A stretch of 55,409 bases of DNA from contig JBDRRF010000105.1 in the NCBI GenBank assembly GCA_043825875.1, forward strand, positions 1 through 55,409, in the 5' to 3' direction. Each line of letters opens with the position of its first letter. Position 1 is the first letter of the stretch. This DNA comes from Pseudomonadota bacterium (lineage in GTDB: Bacteria; Desulfobacterota; Desulfobacteria; Desulfobacterales; RPRI01). Below are positions 29,615 to 39,159 of this stretch, piece by piece. The notes below the pieces were generated by a model. That model had not been told where the DNA came from, made no database searches, and saw only the letters and a program-made list of their open reading frames with translations. Made by a program: the position numbers and the translations under genes.

Positions 29615-30304
29615 ATGAAACGGATTATCAATTTTATATTTATTTTAGGAGTCGCATTAGCACTAGCAGCTAGTGCCAATGCTTCTCCCATAAAATTGTC
29701 AGGAGGCACGGCAGGAACGATTCCGGGAGGCGCAATTAACGAATTTATTGATACCGGCCTATTTTCCGGACCAATTATCGGTGGATATTATGGTTCGCAA
29801 ATCATGGTGGACGTTCCATCCGGCGCGTCAATCACGCTGGATTTTTTCGGTGCGGAAGCTGGCTATCACAATGAGTTTAATTTTTTTGGCTCAGAGTTAT
29901 TTGCACATACCGGTGGCGAAATAATTGCTACGAATCTAACGGTACCGCTGGGCACTTATAGCTCTGTAATTGCAGGAAGTGGGGTACTGCCGTTCAGCTT
30001 CGACATAAACTCGGATACAACTTCACTCATAAATGGTTCAAATCCGGATGATTCAGGTGGAGCAGCCCTTGGACCCAACTTCTTTGCAACCTTCAATCCG
30101 TTTGGGTCTGTTGCAGGTTCGGGCGGTACGGAGGGTAATGTCGTTTATCTTTTCTTAGATGATGGCGGAGCAGGTCCTGACGACAACCATGACGATTTCC
30201 TAGTTCGGATTTCGGTTAAACCAGTTCCTGAACCTAACACCATGCTTCTTCTTGGCCTTAGTCTTATTGGCTTGGCTGGTATCAGTAGAAAACTGAGAAT
30301 ATAA
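29615..30304 (+). CDS. PEP-CTERM sorting domain surface protein
   Basis: Signal peptide ending ASANA, Gly-rich body with DDNHDD acidic motif, VPEPNTMLLLGLSLIGLAGISRK tail; RBS favours start at 29615. Confidence 0.93.
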   Translation: MKRIINFIFILGVALALAASANASPIKLSGGTAGTIPGGAINEFIDTGLFSGPIIGGYYGSQIMVDVPSGASITLDFFGAEAGYHNEFNFFGSELFAHTGGEIIATNLTVPLGTYSSVIAGSGVLPFSFDINSDTTSLINGSNPDDSGGAALGPNFFATFNPFGSVAGSGGTEGNVVYLFLDDGGAGPDDNHDDFLVRISVKPVPEPNTMLLLGLSLIGLAGISRKLRI

Positions 30305-30329
30305 ACCGTTTCATAGATAGAATAATTAT

Positions 30330-30364
30330 AAAATGGCAGAACAAAGAGTGTTCTGCCATTTTTG
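30330..30364 (+). terminator. rho-independent terminator
   Basis: AAAATGGCAGAAC-loop-GTTCTGCCATTTTT after PEP-CTERM stop. Confidence 0.85.
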
Positions 30365-30530
30365 TTTGTGCATTTCAAAGCCATTTGTTTGTAAGTGCAA
30401 AAGCCATTGGCAGACAGAAACAATAGAGCAATTTGTAAACCTTGCCTTTTGATTTTAGCCCTTACGGATTATTTAAAGGAAGATATCTTTTTTCTACCAG
30501 CTCTCATATCCATTATAATTTCTCACTTTG

Positions 30531-30662
30531 GAGACTTGTAACACAATTAGAAATAATGACATTCCGAACGTATGTGAGAAATCTTAACATCCTTAACTTA
30601 TTAAAAACGCGGTTTCTCCCTTCGCTTCGAAATGACACAAAATCCAATTACCACACTGCCTC
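30531..30662. repeat. degenerate palindromic element sharing the REP-like core of 18494-18623
   Basis: TGACATTCCGAACG...GTGAGAAATCTTAA...TTTCTCCCTTCG...CGAAATGACA core; weak GAGAC.../...GCCTC ends. Confidence 0.6.
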
Positions 30663-30989
30663 TTGTTCAAAATAACAAATAAGTAACCAAATTTATAAAA
30701 CTCTGCACGACGTCATCAATGTCTAACAATCCTTTGTCCCATACAAACCATGGTAACTCCGATCTCATTACTTGGCTTCTATGGATTGAAAATCATTTAA
30801 AGGAAGGATATAAAATATCTTTGGTGAACCTTTCGGCAATATATTATACTAAGTTGTCTTAAGTCACTTTCAATATATGTCTCCTAACCGTCGCCAAGAG
30901 CAGGCGAGGTTGACTGAAATAAACTTGGTAGAGCAAACGCAGAAAATATTCGGATTGAATTTCTTCAATATCAAAAGGATTGCTAAATC

Positions 30990-31763
30990 ATGGATATACA
31001 AAAAAAGAATAATATCGGCATTACATTAATAGTATTGACGGCAACTGCTGTACTCGTAGGCCTTTTGTTTGTTGAACCAATGCCACAGGATCTCGGATAT
31101 CATCAATTTAAAGATTCAAGATTATTGCTGGCAATACATAATTTCTGGAATGTTGTTTCTAATATTGCTTTTTTTATAGTAGGTGCTCTGGGAGTAATAA
31201 AACTAAGAGAATCTGGCAAATTAAAAATCATCCCTGATATTAAATTTGTATATTATTGTTTATTCTCCGGTATGATATTAGTTGCATTCGGCTCAGGTTA
31301 CTACCATATCCGGCCTGACAACCAGACTTTGGTATGGGATCGATTGCCAATGACGATAGTTTTTATGGCCTTGTTTTCCATTGTCATTAGTGAGTTTATT
31401 TCAATTCGCATAGGAAAAGCAGTATTTCTGCCACTTATTATATGCGGTATTTCATCCGTACTTTATTGGCATTTTACCGAATTATCAGGAAAGGGTGATT
31501 TAAGATTCTATGCAATTATCCAATTTCTTCCAATGCTGCTAATCCCCATAATACTTATTACATTTAATTCAATATATACTAATGTTTCCTCTTACTGGTG
31601 GTTGCTGGCAGCATACATAATTGCCAAATTGTTTGAACATTTTGATGGGCAAGTCCTTACTGCAACAGATTTAATAAGCGGCCATTCCATCAAACATATA
31701 GCAGCCGCATGCGGTATTTACATCTTGTTATTTTCATATGAACGACGGAGCAAGCTGCTCTGA
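30990..31763 (+). CDS. ceramidase-like (CREST-type) multi-TM hydrolase
   Basis: ~7 TM; NVVSN, GSGYYH, WDRLPM, SGHSIKH motifs. Confidence 0.8.
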   Translation: MDIQKKNNIGITLIVLTATAVLVGLLFVEPMPQDLGYHQFKDSRLLLAIHNFWNVVSNIAFFIVGALGVIKLRESGKLKIIPDIKFVYYCLFSGMILVAFGSGYYHIRPDNQTLVWDRLPMTIVFMALFSIVISEFISIRIGKAVFLPLIICGISSVLYWHFTELSGKGDLRFYAIIQFLPMLLIPIILITFNSIYTNVSSYWWLLAAYIIAKLFEHFDGQVLTATDLISGHSIKHIAAACGIYILLFSYERRSKLL

Positions 31764-31934
31764 TAATTTTGCTGCTAATAACTAACGCATAATATATTTC
31801 AACCGGAGAATTTGTCGTCTGTGTTTATATATTATCTTATTGAAATCGGCTGTAGCAGATGATACTTTGCGCAAAAGTAGCTTATAGTTTAAAAGCATAT
31901 TCATTTTTTTGAGATTTATAGGGAATAAAGGCAT

Positions 31935-33215
31935 ATGCCATCTGATTTTCTCATAAAACCGGCTTTTTTTATATATAATATATGCTGGAAGATAATTATT
32001 CCCCTATTGCATTGTAATAAGAGGCTTGCCGAAGGTTTTTCGCAGCGAACTTTTAAAGAAGAACCTCTAAGAGCCGATCTGTGGATTCAGGCGGCATCTG
32101 CAGGAGAAGCATATTTAGCTGTAGAGATTCTTAAAAAATTAAAATTTAACAAGCCTGTAAATATTTTACTCACTTCAGGAACAAAACAGGGAATGGATAT
32201 TCTTGAAAGCTCGATAAAAGATATCAATGATAAAAATATTGTTGTAAATACTTCCTTCTTTTTTTTCGATCAACCCGGTCTGATGGAAAAAGTAGTAAAT
32301 AAAATCAACCCCAAATTAATGATTCTTCTTGAATCCGAGCTATGGCCGGGACATCTTCTGGCACTTAAAAAATCAGGATGTAAAACAATAATAATAAACG
32401 GAAGAATAACTGATAAAAGCTTAAAACAGTATCTGATCTTCAAATCATTCTGGAAGGAGATAGCACCCGACAAGATTTATGCAATATCGGATAATGACGC
32501 CAAACGCTTTGCTATGCTATTCGGCAATGAATCTGTAGAAGTTATGCCGAATATTAAATTCGACAGGTTCGGCGATAATGAAGTCAAATCTGATATCCAA
32601 AACCCAATAGAAGTATTGTTTCAGCATAATGCTCCTTTTATAGTGCTTGCTTCCATTAGAAAAAAAGAAGAACCTTTAATCGAAAACATCATAACAGATA
32701 TTCTTAAAAAAATTCCCGATGCAATAATTGGCCTTTTTCCACGTCACATGAATAGAATCAGACCTTGGGGCAAAGCCCTTGGTCGTATAAATATTAAATG
32801 GGCTTTAAGATCTAAAGCCAAAAACCATATCCCAAAAGGAACAGTTATTCTATGGGATACCTTTGGAGAACTTCTACATGCATATAAATATGCAAGAGCA
32901 GCATTTGTGGGTGGAAGCCTTGTCCCTTTAGGCGGTCAGAATTTTATTGAAGCATTAAATTATGGAATAGTTCCTGTAATAGGACCACACTGGGATAATT
33001 TTTCATGGGTAGGTAAAGAAATTGCTGAAGAGAAATTAGTAAGAGTCGCAGCAAACTGGCAAGAAGCAGCAGATATATTAAATGAACATATCAGTAATCC
33101 ACTTTCCCGTGAAAAAATAAAATCTGCCGCCAGTCAATATTTTAAGCATAGACAAGGCGGTGCAGCCTTTGCCGGTAAAATAATCACAGACTTTTTAGAG
33201 AAGACAGCTTCTTAA
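31935..33215 (+). CDS. waaA: 3-deoxy-D-manno-octulosonic acid (Kdo) transferase
   Basis: WIQAASAGE, ESELWP, INGRIT, NIKFD, PRH, DTFGEL, VGGSLVPLGGQNFIE. Confidence 0.95.
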   Translation: MPSDFLIKPAFFIYNICWKIIIPLLHCNKRLAEGFSQRTFKEEPLRADLWIQAASAGEAYLAVEILKKLKFNKPVNILLTSGTKQGMDILESSIKDINDKNIVVNTSFFFFDQPGLMEKVVNKINPKLMILLESELWPGHLLALKKSGCKTIIINGRITDKSLKQYLIFKSFWKEIAPDKIYAISDNDAKRFAMLFGNESVEVMPNIKFDRFGDNEVKSDIQNPIEVLFQHNAPFIVLASIRKKEEPLIENIITDILKKIPDAIIGLFPRHMNRIRPWGKALGRINIKWALRSKAKNHIPKGTVILWDTFGELLHAYKYARAAFVGGSLVPLGGQNFIEALNYGIVPVIGPHWDNFSWVGKEIAEEKLVRVAANWQEAADILNEHISNPLSREKIKSAASQYFKHRQGGAAFAGKIITDFLEKTAS

Positions 33216-33376
33216 TGAGGCCTAAGAAAAATCTAAACACGAAAAAGCTCTGTTTGTCTGTCTCCGCTTGCTGATTTTTTTGGTATCATCTGATAAAATT
33301 CGCAAGATAAATAAAGGATTAATGAAAATTTCTTGCAAATTTACATAGCATATTTTATAAAATTTATCATATAAAT

Positions 33377-34138
33377 TTAGAGGTTAATATGCTTCTGCAA
33401 TACCGACGACTTATTACCGATTTTCTTGGCCAAGAGTTTTATATAACTTTTCAAAATTAATAGCGCCTTGTGTTTTGGTAGTGAAAAAGAGGTGCCGAGA
33501 GTTTCGTTAATTGCATGCAAAGCAAACGGCATAGCATTCTGATTAAGATGTATTTCATCTGCAAGATATTTGACATCAGTTGTTCCGTCTTTTTTAATCA
33601 GGGATTCAAAGATTGAAAAGAAGGGGATACCCTCTTGTTTAAGGCGGTATGCAAGAATCTTATTGAAATATCGTGTTATGTCGTTTCGTTCTACAGGACC
33701 CCCATATGTGGGATAATGTGGTATGTTTTCAAGATTATAGGGTGTACTGGGTGGAACATTCCACACCCCTAATCTATACTGCATTGTTTGGATCGTTTTT
33801 ATTACGCCACAATACCTTTCTACGCATTCCTCAACAATTTCTTCATGGTTTTTGTTTTGACGATGCGTTTGGCGGAGGATGTGGGCTCTGCAATCAATTT
33901 CTCCGAAACATAATAAAATAAAATCTTTCTTCGATAGTGTGCTGAGTAGGAAAAACAGTTTTTCGTTTCCCTTGCTTGAAGTCCCTTTTTGGCCCAGGTT
34001 ATATGCCAGTATAGGTCCAAGACGATATGAACGAAAAAAAGGCAGGATATCTTGAGATTGTTTTGGCCACACAGGCTGAATTTTATCAAGTCCTGAAAAA
34101 AAACTGGCGTGGCTGTCGCCGATACATCGAATTATCAT
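33377..34138 (-). CDS. SGNH/GDSL-like hydrolase
   Basis: IGDSHA block I, FGEIDCR, DEIH (DxxH) block V. Confidence 0.75.
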   Translation of the reverse strand: MIIRCIGDSHASFFSGLDKIQPVWPKQSQDILPFFRSYRLGPILAYNLGQKGTSSKGNEKLFFLLSTLSKKDFILLCFGEIDCRAHILRQTHRQNKNHEEIVEECVERYCGVIKTIQTMQYRLGVWNVPPSTPYNLENIPHYPTYGGPVERNDITRYFNKILAYRLKQEGIPFFSIFESLIKKDGTTDVKYLADEIHLNQNAMPFALHAINETLGTSFSLPKHKALLILKSYIKLLAKKIGNKSSVLQKHINL

Positions 34139-34549
34139 AAGCTTGTTGTGGTAACACCATCCTTTTCTATGCTCTGTTTATCCACCTCCAGTTAACTTTT
34201 ATTCAAAATATTAAGTTCAGAGCAAATCTTTAGCTTTCTATGCTGAAAACAATATATATTTAAATAGAGTATATTGTCTGAAGAGTCAATAACAGATACA
34301 GCATAAATAATATTCTCGAACCGAATGAAATCGGCAAGCAACTCCCTAAAAGAATAAAGTTAAACCTGCCGTACGTACTTCCATCGCAAACGGCAAATAC
34401 ACACACTTAGTAAAAAATTTCAATCTAAATGGAACAGGCGCATTATGCTTGTCATATTTATTGCCTGTATTTTATTTAAAGGCTTAATCAAAGCCGAGAG
34501 GAATAAACGCCCTTAAGCGGTTAACATAAAATATTTTTTGCTATAAATA

Positions 34550-34690
34550 TAGGTTCATCTCCCGCTTCGCTCAACCTTCGGACCTTTCCTCACGAAAACG
34601 CTCTTGCCTTCGGCTAATACTTTTGTTAATGCATTAACTACATTACAGGGGATTTTCCCCCATAAACTCGAGCCCGTACCGGACGTACAC
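34550..34690 (-). mobile_element. 5' (domain I) remnant of a group IIC-type intron, no RT ORF
   Basis: - strand GTGTACGTCCGGTACGGGCTCGAGTTTATGGGGGAAAATCCCCTG...AGTATTAGCCGAAGGCAAGAGCG...CGTGAGG...CCGAAGG resembles the 5' end of IIC/IIC-attC introns. Confidence 0.65.
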
Positions 34691-34752
34691 CACACCATTC
34701 ATAAGGATTCACAAAGTTTACAATGAACCCCATATGAAGTCAGGTGTTTGCC
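34689..34752 (+). other. degenerate attC-like hairpin abutting the intron remnant
   Basis: AC-CACACC-ATTCATA-AGGATTCA...TGAACCCC-ATATGAA-GTCAGGT-GTTTGCC imperfect palindrome ending in GTT. Confidence 0.4.
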
Positions 34753-34815
34753 TGCTTTTGCATCAGGGCCGGCTGTTATGGTGTCCGTTGAGGCATCAAG
34801 AGAAAAGGAGATACG

Positions 34816-35652
34816 ATGAAAAACCTGTTTACGAAAATATTTAAAAAGAGACATGCCAAGCCTGTCCCCAAGCGTATTTCCACCAGTTTATCAGATAATC
34901 AAACCTATCCTCAAATATGTATTGATGCCAGTAATGATTACAGGCTTTTTAATAATTTCAGGAGCAACCCGAACTACAACAAAATCTTGGAGCATGTTTC
35001 CGAAAAGCTTGGACAGGAATATCTTGATATAATATCTAATGACCCTGAAATATTAAGTGCAATAAACGATTTCAAACCAAATGATATTTATGGCAACCCA
35101 AGAATGTATGAGTACCCGGGTATTGGATCGATTTCTCCAACTACCCTTCGATATATTAAGGTGCTGGCAGACTTAAAAAAATATTTTCACAGACTTGACG
35201 ATTTGAGTATATGTGAAATAGGTGTTGGATATGGCGGACAGTGTCGAGTCATCAATGCCTATTATAGACCTTCTACGTATTGCCTGGTTGATATACAGCC
35301 AGCTCTTGCTCTGGCTCAAAGATTTTTGGATAACTACATTATGCAGTCGGCTTTAACTTATAAGACAATGAATGAATTGATTAAAAGAGATTATGACTTA
35401 GTATTGAGCAACTACGCGTTCACGGAACTCCCCCGAGCTATACAAGATATCTACTTGAACAAAGTGATTCTAAGGTCAAAGAGGGGTTACATAACTTATA
35501 ACGAAATCACACACAAGGAGTTCAATTCTTACAAGTCGGCCGAATTGATTAAAATGATTCCCGGCTCCGTAATGCTGAAGGAAGAACCTCTTACACATCC
35601 AAAAAACTGCATAATCATATGGGGGGAAAATGGCGCCGGAGATCGGAAGTAA
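34816..35652 (+). CDS. putative sugar O-methyltransferase (SAM-dependent)
   Basis: YGNP, TTLRYIK, motif I EIGVGYGG, LVDI, SNYAFTEL; AAGGAG RBS. Confidence 0.8.
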   Translation: MKNLFTKIFKKRHAKPVPKRISTSLSDNQTYPQICIDASNDYRLFNNFRSNPNYNKILEHVSEKLGQEYLDIISNDPEILSAINDFKPNDIYGNPRMYEYPGIGSISPTTLRYIKVLADLKKYFHRLDDLSICEIGVGYGGQCRVINAYYRPSTYCLVDIQPALALAQRFLDNYIMQSALTYKTMNELIKRDYDLVLSNYAFTELPRAIQDIYLNKVILRSKRGYITYNEITHKEFNSYKSAELIKMIPGSVMLKEEPLTHPKNCIIIWGENGAGDRK

Positions 35653-35732
35653 ATCGATATGTGTTTGCCAATAGAAGATCTATAGTCACGTCAGTTTATA
35701 GCGGAGTTGAGTTGTTCAGATTTTTATTTTGT

Positions 35733-36860
35733 TTATGTTTTTTCCAGCCTATTTATTATAAACGACTTGAAAGAATTATCATCCTTAAAATTAACTGCTA
35801 CTCCGACAACAATCAGATCAACAGGAAAATTAAATCTGCCTTCCATTCTGGCAAAATCCTTTTCAGTTGTCATAACAAGTTCTGCACTAAGATTTTTTGC
35901 TGATTGCGAAATTCTATTAATATCATCGTCACTATAGTAGTAATGATCTTCAAATCCAAAGAAATCCAAAATTTCACATTTAAAATCTTCTATAGTTTTT
36001 TTAAAGCGTTCATTTCCTGCTATTCCGGAAAAAGCCACAACCTTTTTCCCAGCCAGCCAATCATAATCATTTGATACTTTATTTCTGAAAAAAGTTATAC
36101 AATCGTCTTTACTTTCTTTGCCTGCATTAAAATAATAAGAAGAATTGTATGTTTCAAAAACGACACAGCTTTTTGAAATACTTTCAAGCAAATCTAATGT
36201 TTTGGTATTATCTGAAGATGATCTTGTAAGAATAAATGTATCAGCTCTTTTAACTGATTTAACCGGTTCTCTCAAAATTCCTCTTGGAACAAGGTGAAAA
36301 TTTCCGAAAGGGTGCCTGTGGTCTAAAAGAAGAAGATTAATATCACGAAAAAGTTTAATATGCTGAAACCCGTCATCTAATAAAATAATATCGACATTAA
36401 AATCTTTTATGGCTATTAAACCTGATTCATATCTGTTTTGACCCACTAAAACAGGGATATTTTCCAGTTTCGCTGCCATCATAAAAGGTTCATCACCGGA
36501 TAGTTCAGGCCCAATAAACATTTTTTTACCGTTGCTTACAATTCCCCCTTTTTTTTCATATTTCCCCCTGTATCCTCTGCTAACAACTGCAACTTTATAT
36601 CCAAGACCGGTCAGCATTTGGGCAAGATATATTGTCATAGGCGTTTTTCCTGTTCCGCCAACTGTTATATTGCCAACAGATATAATCTTGCAGGAAAGTT
36701 TTTTTTGCTTAAATATACTTTTTTTGTATAAAGCAATTCTTACTTTTATCAGGAGACCGTATATAACTGAGAAAATAAACAGCAAAGGTTCTATGGAGAA
36801 AAACCGGATTTTCCCTTCGGAATACATAATTTCTTCAATTTTCTTTTTAAACATATTCAT
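35733..36860 (-). CDS. lpxK: tetraacyldisaccharide 4'-kinase
   Basis: VGNITVGGTGKTP, SRGY, GDEP, LDDGFQH, PRGILRE, TTEKD. Confidence 0.96.
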   Translation of the reverse strand: MNMFKKKIEEIMYSEGKIRFFSIEPLLFIFSVIYGLLIKVRIALYKKSIFKQKKLSCKIISVGNITVGGTGKTPMTIYLAQMLTGLGYKVAVVSRGYRGKYEKKGGIVSNGKKMFIGPELSGDEPFMMAAKLENIPVLVGQNRYESGLIAIKDFNVDIILLDDGFQHIKLFRDINLLLLDHRHPFGNFHLVPRGILREPVKSVKRADTFILTRSSSDNTKTLDLLESISKSCVVFETYNSSYYFNAGKESKDDCITFFRNKVSNDYDWLAGKKVVAFSGIAGNERFKKTIEDFKCEILDFFGFEDHYYYSDDDINRISQSAKNLSAELVMTTEKDFARMEGRFNFPVDLIVVGVAVNFKDDNSFKSFIINRLEKT

Positions 36861-36886
36861 GGGAAAAACTCTGGAATTCGAATATT

Positions 36887-37954
36887 TTACTCGGCACTAA
36901 GAAGCGTAAACATACCAAACGCTAAAAATACAAGATTCGGAATCAGGGCGGCAACCAGGGGATTAAGAAAGCCTCCCTCGCCAAGTGAGATACAGAAACC
37001 AAAAAAAACCCAATAAGCAAAAGCTGCGCATATTCCATATACAACATTTACAGGCAGGCTTTCTTTAACCTTTAGCCTGAAAGCTATTCCCGTACCCACA
37101 AAACACATGATTATGCTAATAAAGGGAAAAGAAAGTTTTGCATAAAAATCTGTCCGGTAACTTGTTGCATCATACCCTTCGGACTCGATTTTTTTTACAT
37201 ATTTAAAAAGCTCGGCAGCACTCATGGCTTCTGATTTAACAGCTACTATCCCTATATCTTCCGGTGAAATATCGAGATGTTCAACAAGTTGTTTATGAAA
37301 TGATATTTTGCTGTTATTCTTATCAAGATTCTGCTCAATAATACCATGTAATGTCCAGTTTCCTTTATATAGAAAAACTCCCTTTTCACAGTCAATTCTT
37401 CTCACTAGCCTAAAATTATCATTAAAGGAATAGAGAGTAATACCATGGATAGTCTTTTTTGATGAATTAAAGTATTCTATGTGCGCTATTAAATGGTACC
37501 CCTTTATCCATATGTCTTTTTCTTTCAGGGTCACAGCATGTTTTTTCCGGTTTGCCTGCGCCCATATTTTGTCCACCTTACTTTGTGTTATGGGAACAAC
37601 CACCTCTGACAAGAAAATAGTAATAAAAAAGGAAATCACACCCAATAAAAGTATAGATCTTAAAAGATAATATATACTGATTCCACCACTTTTTAGTGCC
37701 ACGACTTCGTTATTTTTACTCATCAGGCCAAATGTTACAAGAATAGCCAGTAAAAAACTAAGAGGAATGAATTGCGCTATCGGCATTTTCGAAATAAAAC
37801 AAAAAAATGCTTTTGGAAGGGAAAGACCGGATTCAAAAAAGATATCTGTTTCATCAAAAAAATCCACTACAATATATATCCCTATAATTGCAGCTATAAT
37901 GATACAAAAGTATTTAATAGTCTCCTTTGTTAAATATCTATCTATTATGGACAT
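36887..37954 (-). CDS. lptG: LPS export ABC transporter permease LptG
   Basis: IIDRYL, NNEVVALKSGGIS, 3 TM + periplasmic + 3 TM; follows lptF. Confidence 0.9.
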   Translation of the reverse strand: MSIIDRYLTKETIKYFCIIIAAIIGIYIVVDFFDETDIFFESGLSLPKAFFCFISKMPIAQFIPLSFLLAILVTFGLMSKNNEVVALKSGGISIYYLLRSILLLGVISFFITIFLSEVVVPITQSKVDKIWAQANRKKHAVTLKEKDIWIKGYHLIAHIEYFNSSKKTIHGITLYSFNDNFRLVRRIDCEKGVFLYKGNWTLHGIIEQNLDKNNSKISFHKQLVEHLDISPEDIGIVAVKSEAMSAAELFKYVKKIESEGYDATSYRTDFYAKLSFPFISIIMCFVGTGIAFRLKVKESLPVNVVYGICAAFAYWVFFGFCISLGEGGFLNPLVAALIPNLVFLAFGMFTLLSAE

Positions 37955-37974
37955 AAATTGATCTTCTCTTTAGC

Positions 37975-39159
37975 TCATCTTTCTTTAATAAAGTGTAATT
38001 TTATTCTTTCTAATAAATCAAGAACAGCAAAAAAATTGACGGGTCGTTCTTTTGCTGTTCTTATAAAAAGGTATATGCCTATACTGCCTATAAATATATT
38101 TGGAACCCACATCCCTATAAGGGGGGGATAGAATCTGCTTTCTCCTAATGCGTACCCAAGCGAAAGAATAAGATAATAAAGCAAGAAAAAAATAATGCCA
38201 AGCCCAAGGCCAAATGATCGTGTTGCCGACTTTAACTGAGTGCCAAGCGCTACTGAAAGAATCCCCAAAACAAAACAAGCAAAAGGTATAGAAAATTTCT
38301 TATGAAGTTCAAAAAGTGCATCATAATCTTTTAAGTTTTTATTTTTTAAATTATCAATGTAATCTACTAGTTCATTAAAATACATCTTTTTTTCATCTTT
38401 TCTTTGACCTTTTTTCTCTATTTCTGAAAAAGCGTTCTTTAGATCAAGATTAATATCATATGTGTTAAAACCAATAGAATTAACGGATTTATTTTTTGGA
38501 CCAACCTGATTTATAACTCCATCAAAAAGTCTTATCCTGAAAGATAATGTCTCTTTTTCAAAAAGCATAACTCCTCTTGGAGCAATAATTGTGCTTCCCA
38601 TATCTTCAGAACGGCCATCTTTTATAAAAATATCTATCAGCTCATCATTTTTCAGATCAATTCTATTAACATAAAGCATAACATTTTTAAAATTATCGTT
38701 AAAAGTTCTTTCTTTAAGGCCTATCTCAAAATTAGTCTGCGCAATTTCCATTGTAAGTTTTTCAATTGATAATCTTCCCCAGGGCATTGCATAAAAAGTA
38801 ATCAAAGCTGTTAATATACAACCAATAAGACAAAAAATAAGCACCGGTGGAAGCAAGCCGTAAATACTTATTCCACCTGTTTTTAAAGCAATTATTTCAT
38901 TATCACTTGAAAACCGTAAAAAAGTTAAAAGAACTGCCATCATAACAGACATCGGAATTACAAAGATTAGAAAATTAGGGATAATATAAATAAGCATAAG
39001 CCCGATTTTAGGCAGACTCATGTTATAATTTACAACAAGATTGGTTATGAATAGTATTTTTGCCATCAAAAACAGGAAAGTAAAAAATAACGTATTGATA
39101 GCAAAAGGAGATACCATTTCTTTAAACAGATATCTGCTTACAATAGAATTAATCTTCAT
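37975..39159 (-). CDS. lptF: LPS export ABC transporter permease LptF
   Basis: RYLFKE, RFSSDNEIIALKTGG, ELHKKFSIPFAC, MWVPN. Confidence 0.9.
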   Translation of the reverse strand: MKINSIVSRYLFKEMVSPFAINTLFFTFLFLMAKILFITNLVVNYNMSLPKIGLMLIYIIPNFLIFVIPMSVMMAVLLTFLRFSSDNEIIALKTGGISIYGLLPPVLIFCLIGCILTALITFYAMPWGRLSIEKLTMEIAQTNFEIGLKERTFNDNFKNVMLYVNRIDLKNDELIDIFIKDGRSEDMGSTIIAPRGVMLFEKETLSFRIRLFDGVINQVGPKNKSVNSIGFNTYDINLDLKNAFSEIEKKGQRKDEKKMYFNELVDYIDNLKNKNLKDYDALFELHKKFSIPFACFVLGILSVALGTQLKSATRSFGLGLGIIFFLLYYLILSLGYALGESRFYPPLIGMWVPNIFIGSIGIYLFIRTAKERPVNFFAVLDLLERIKLHFIKER

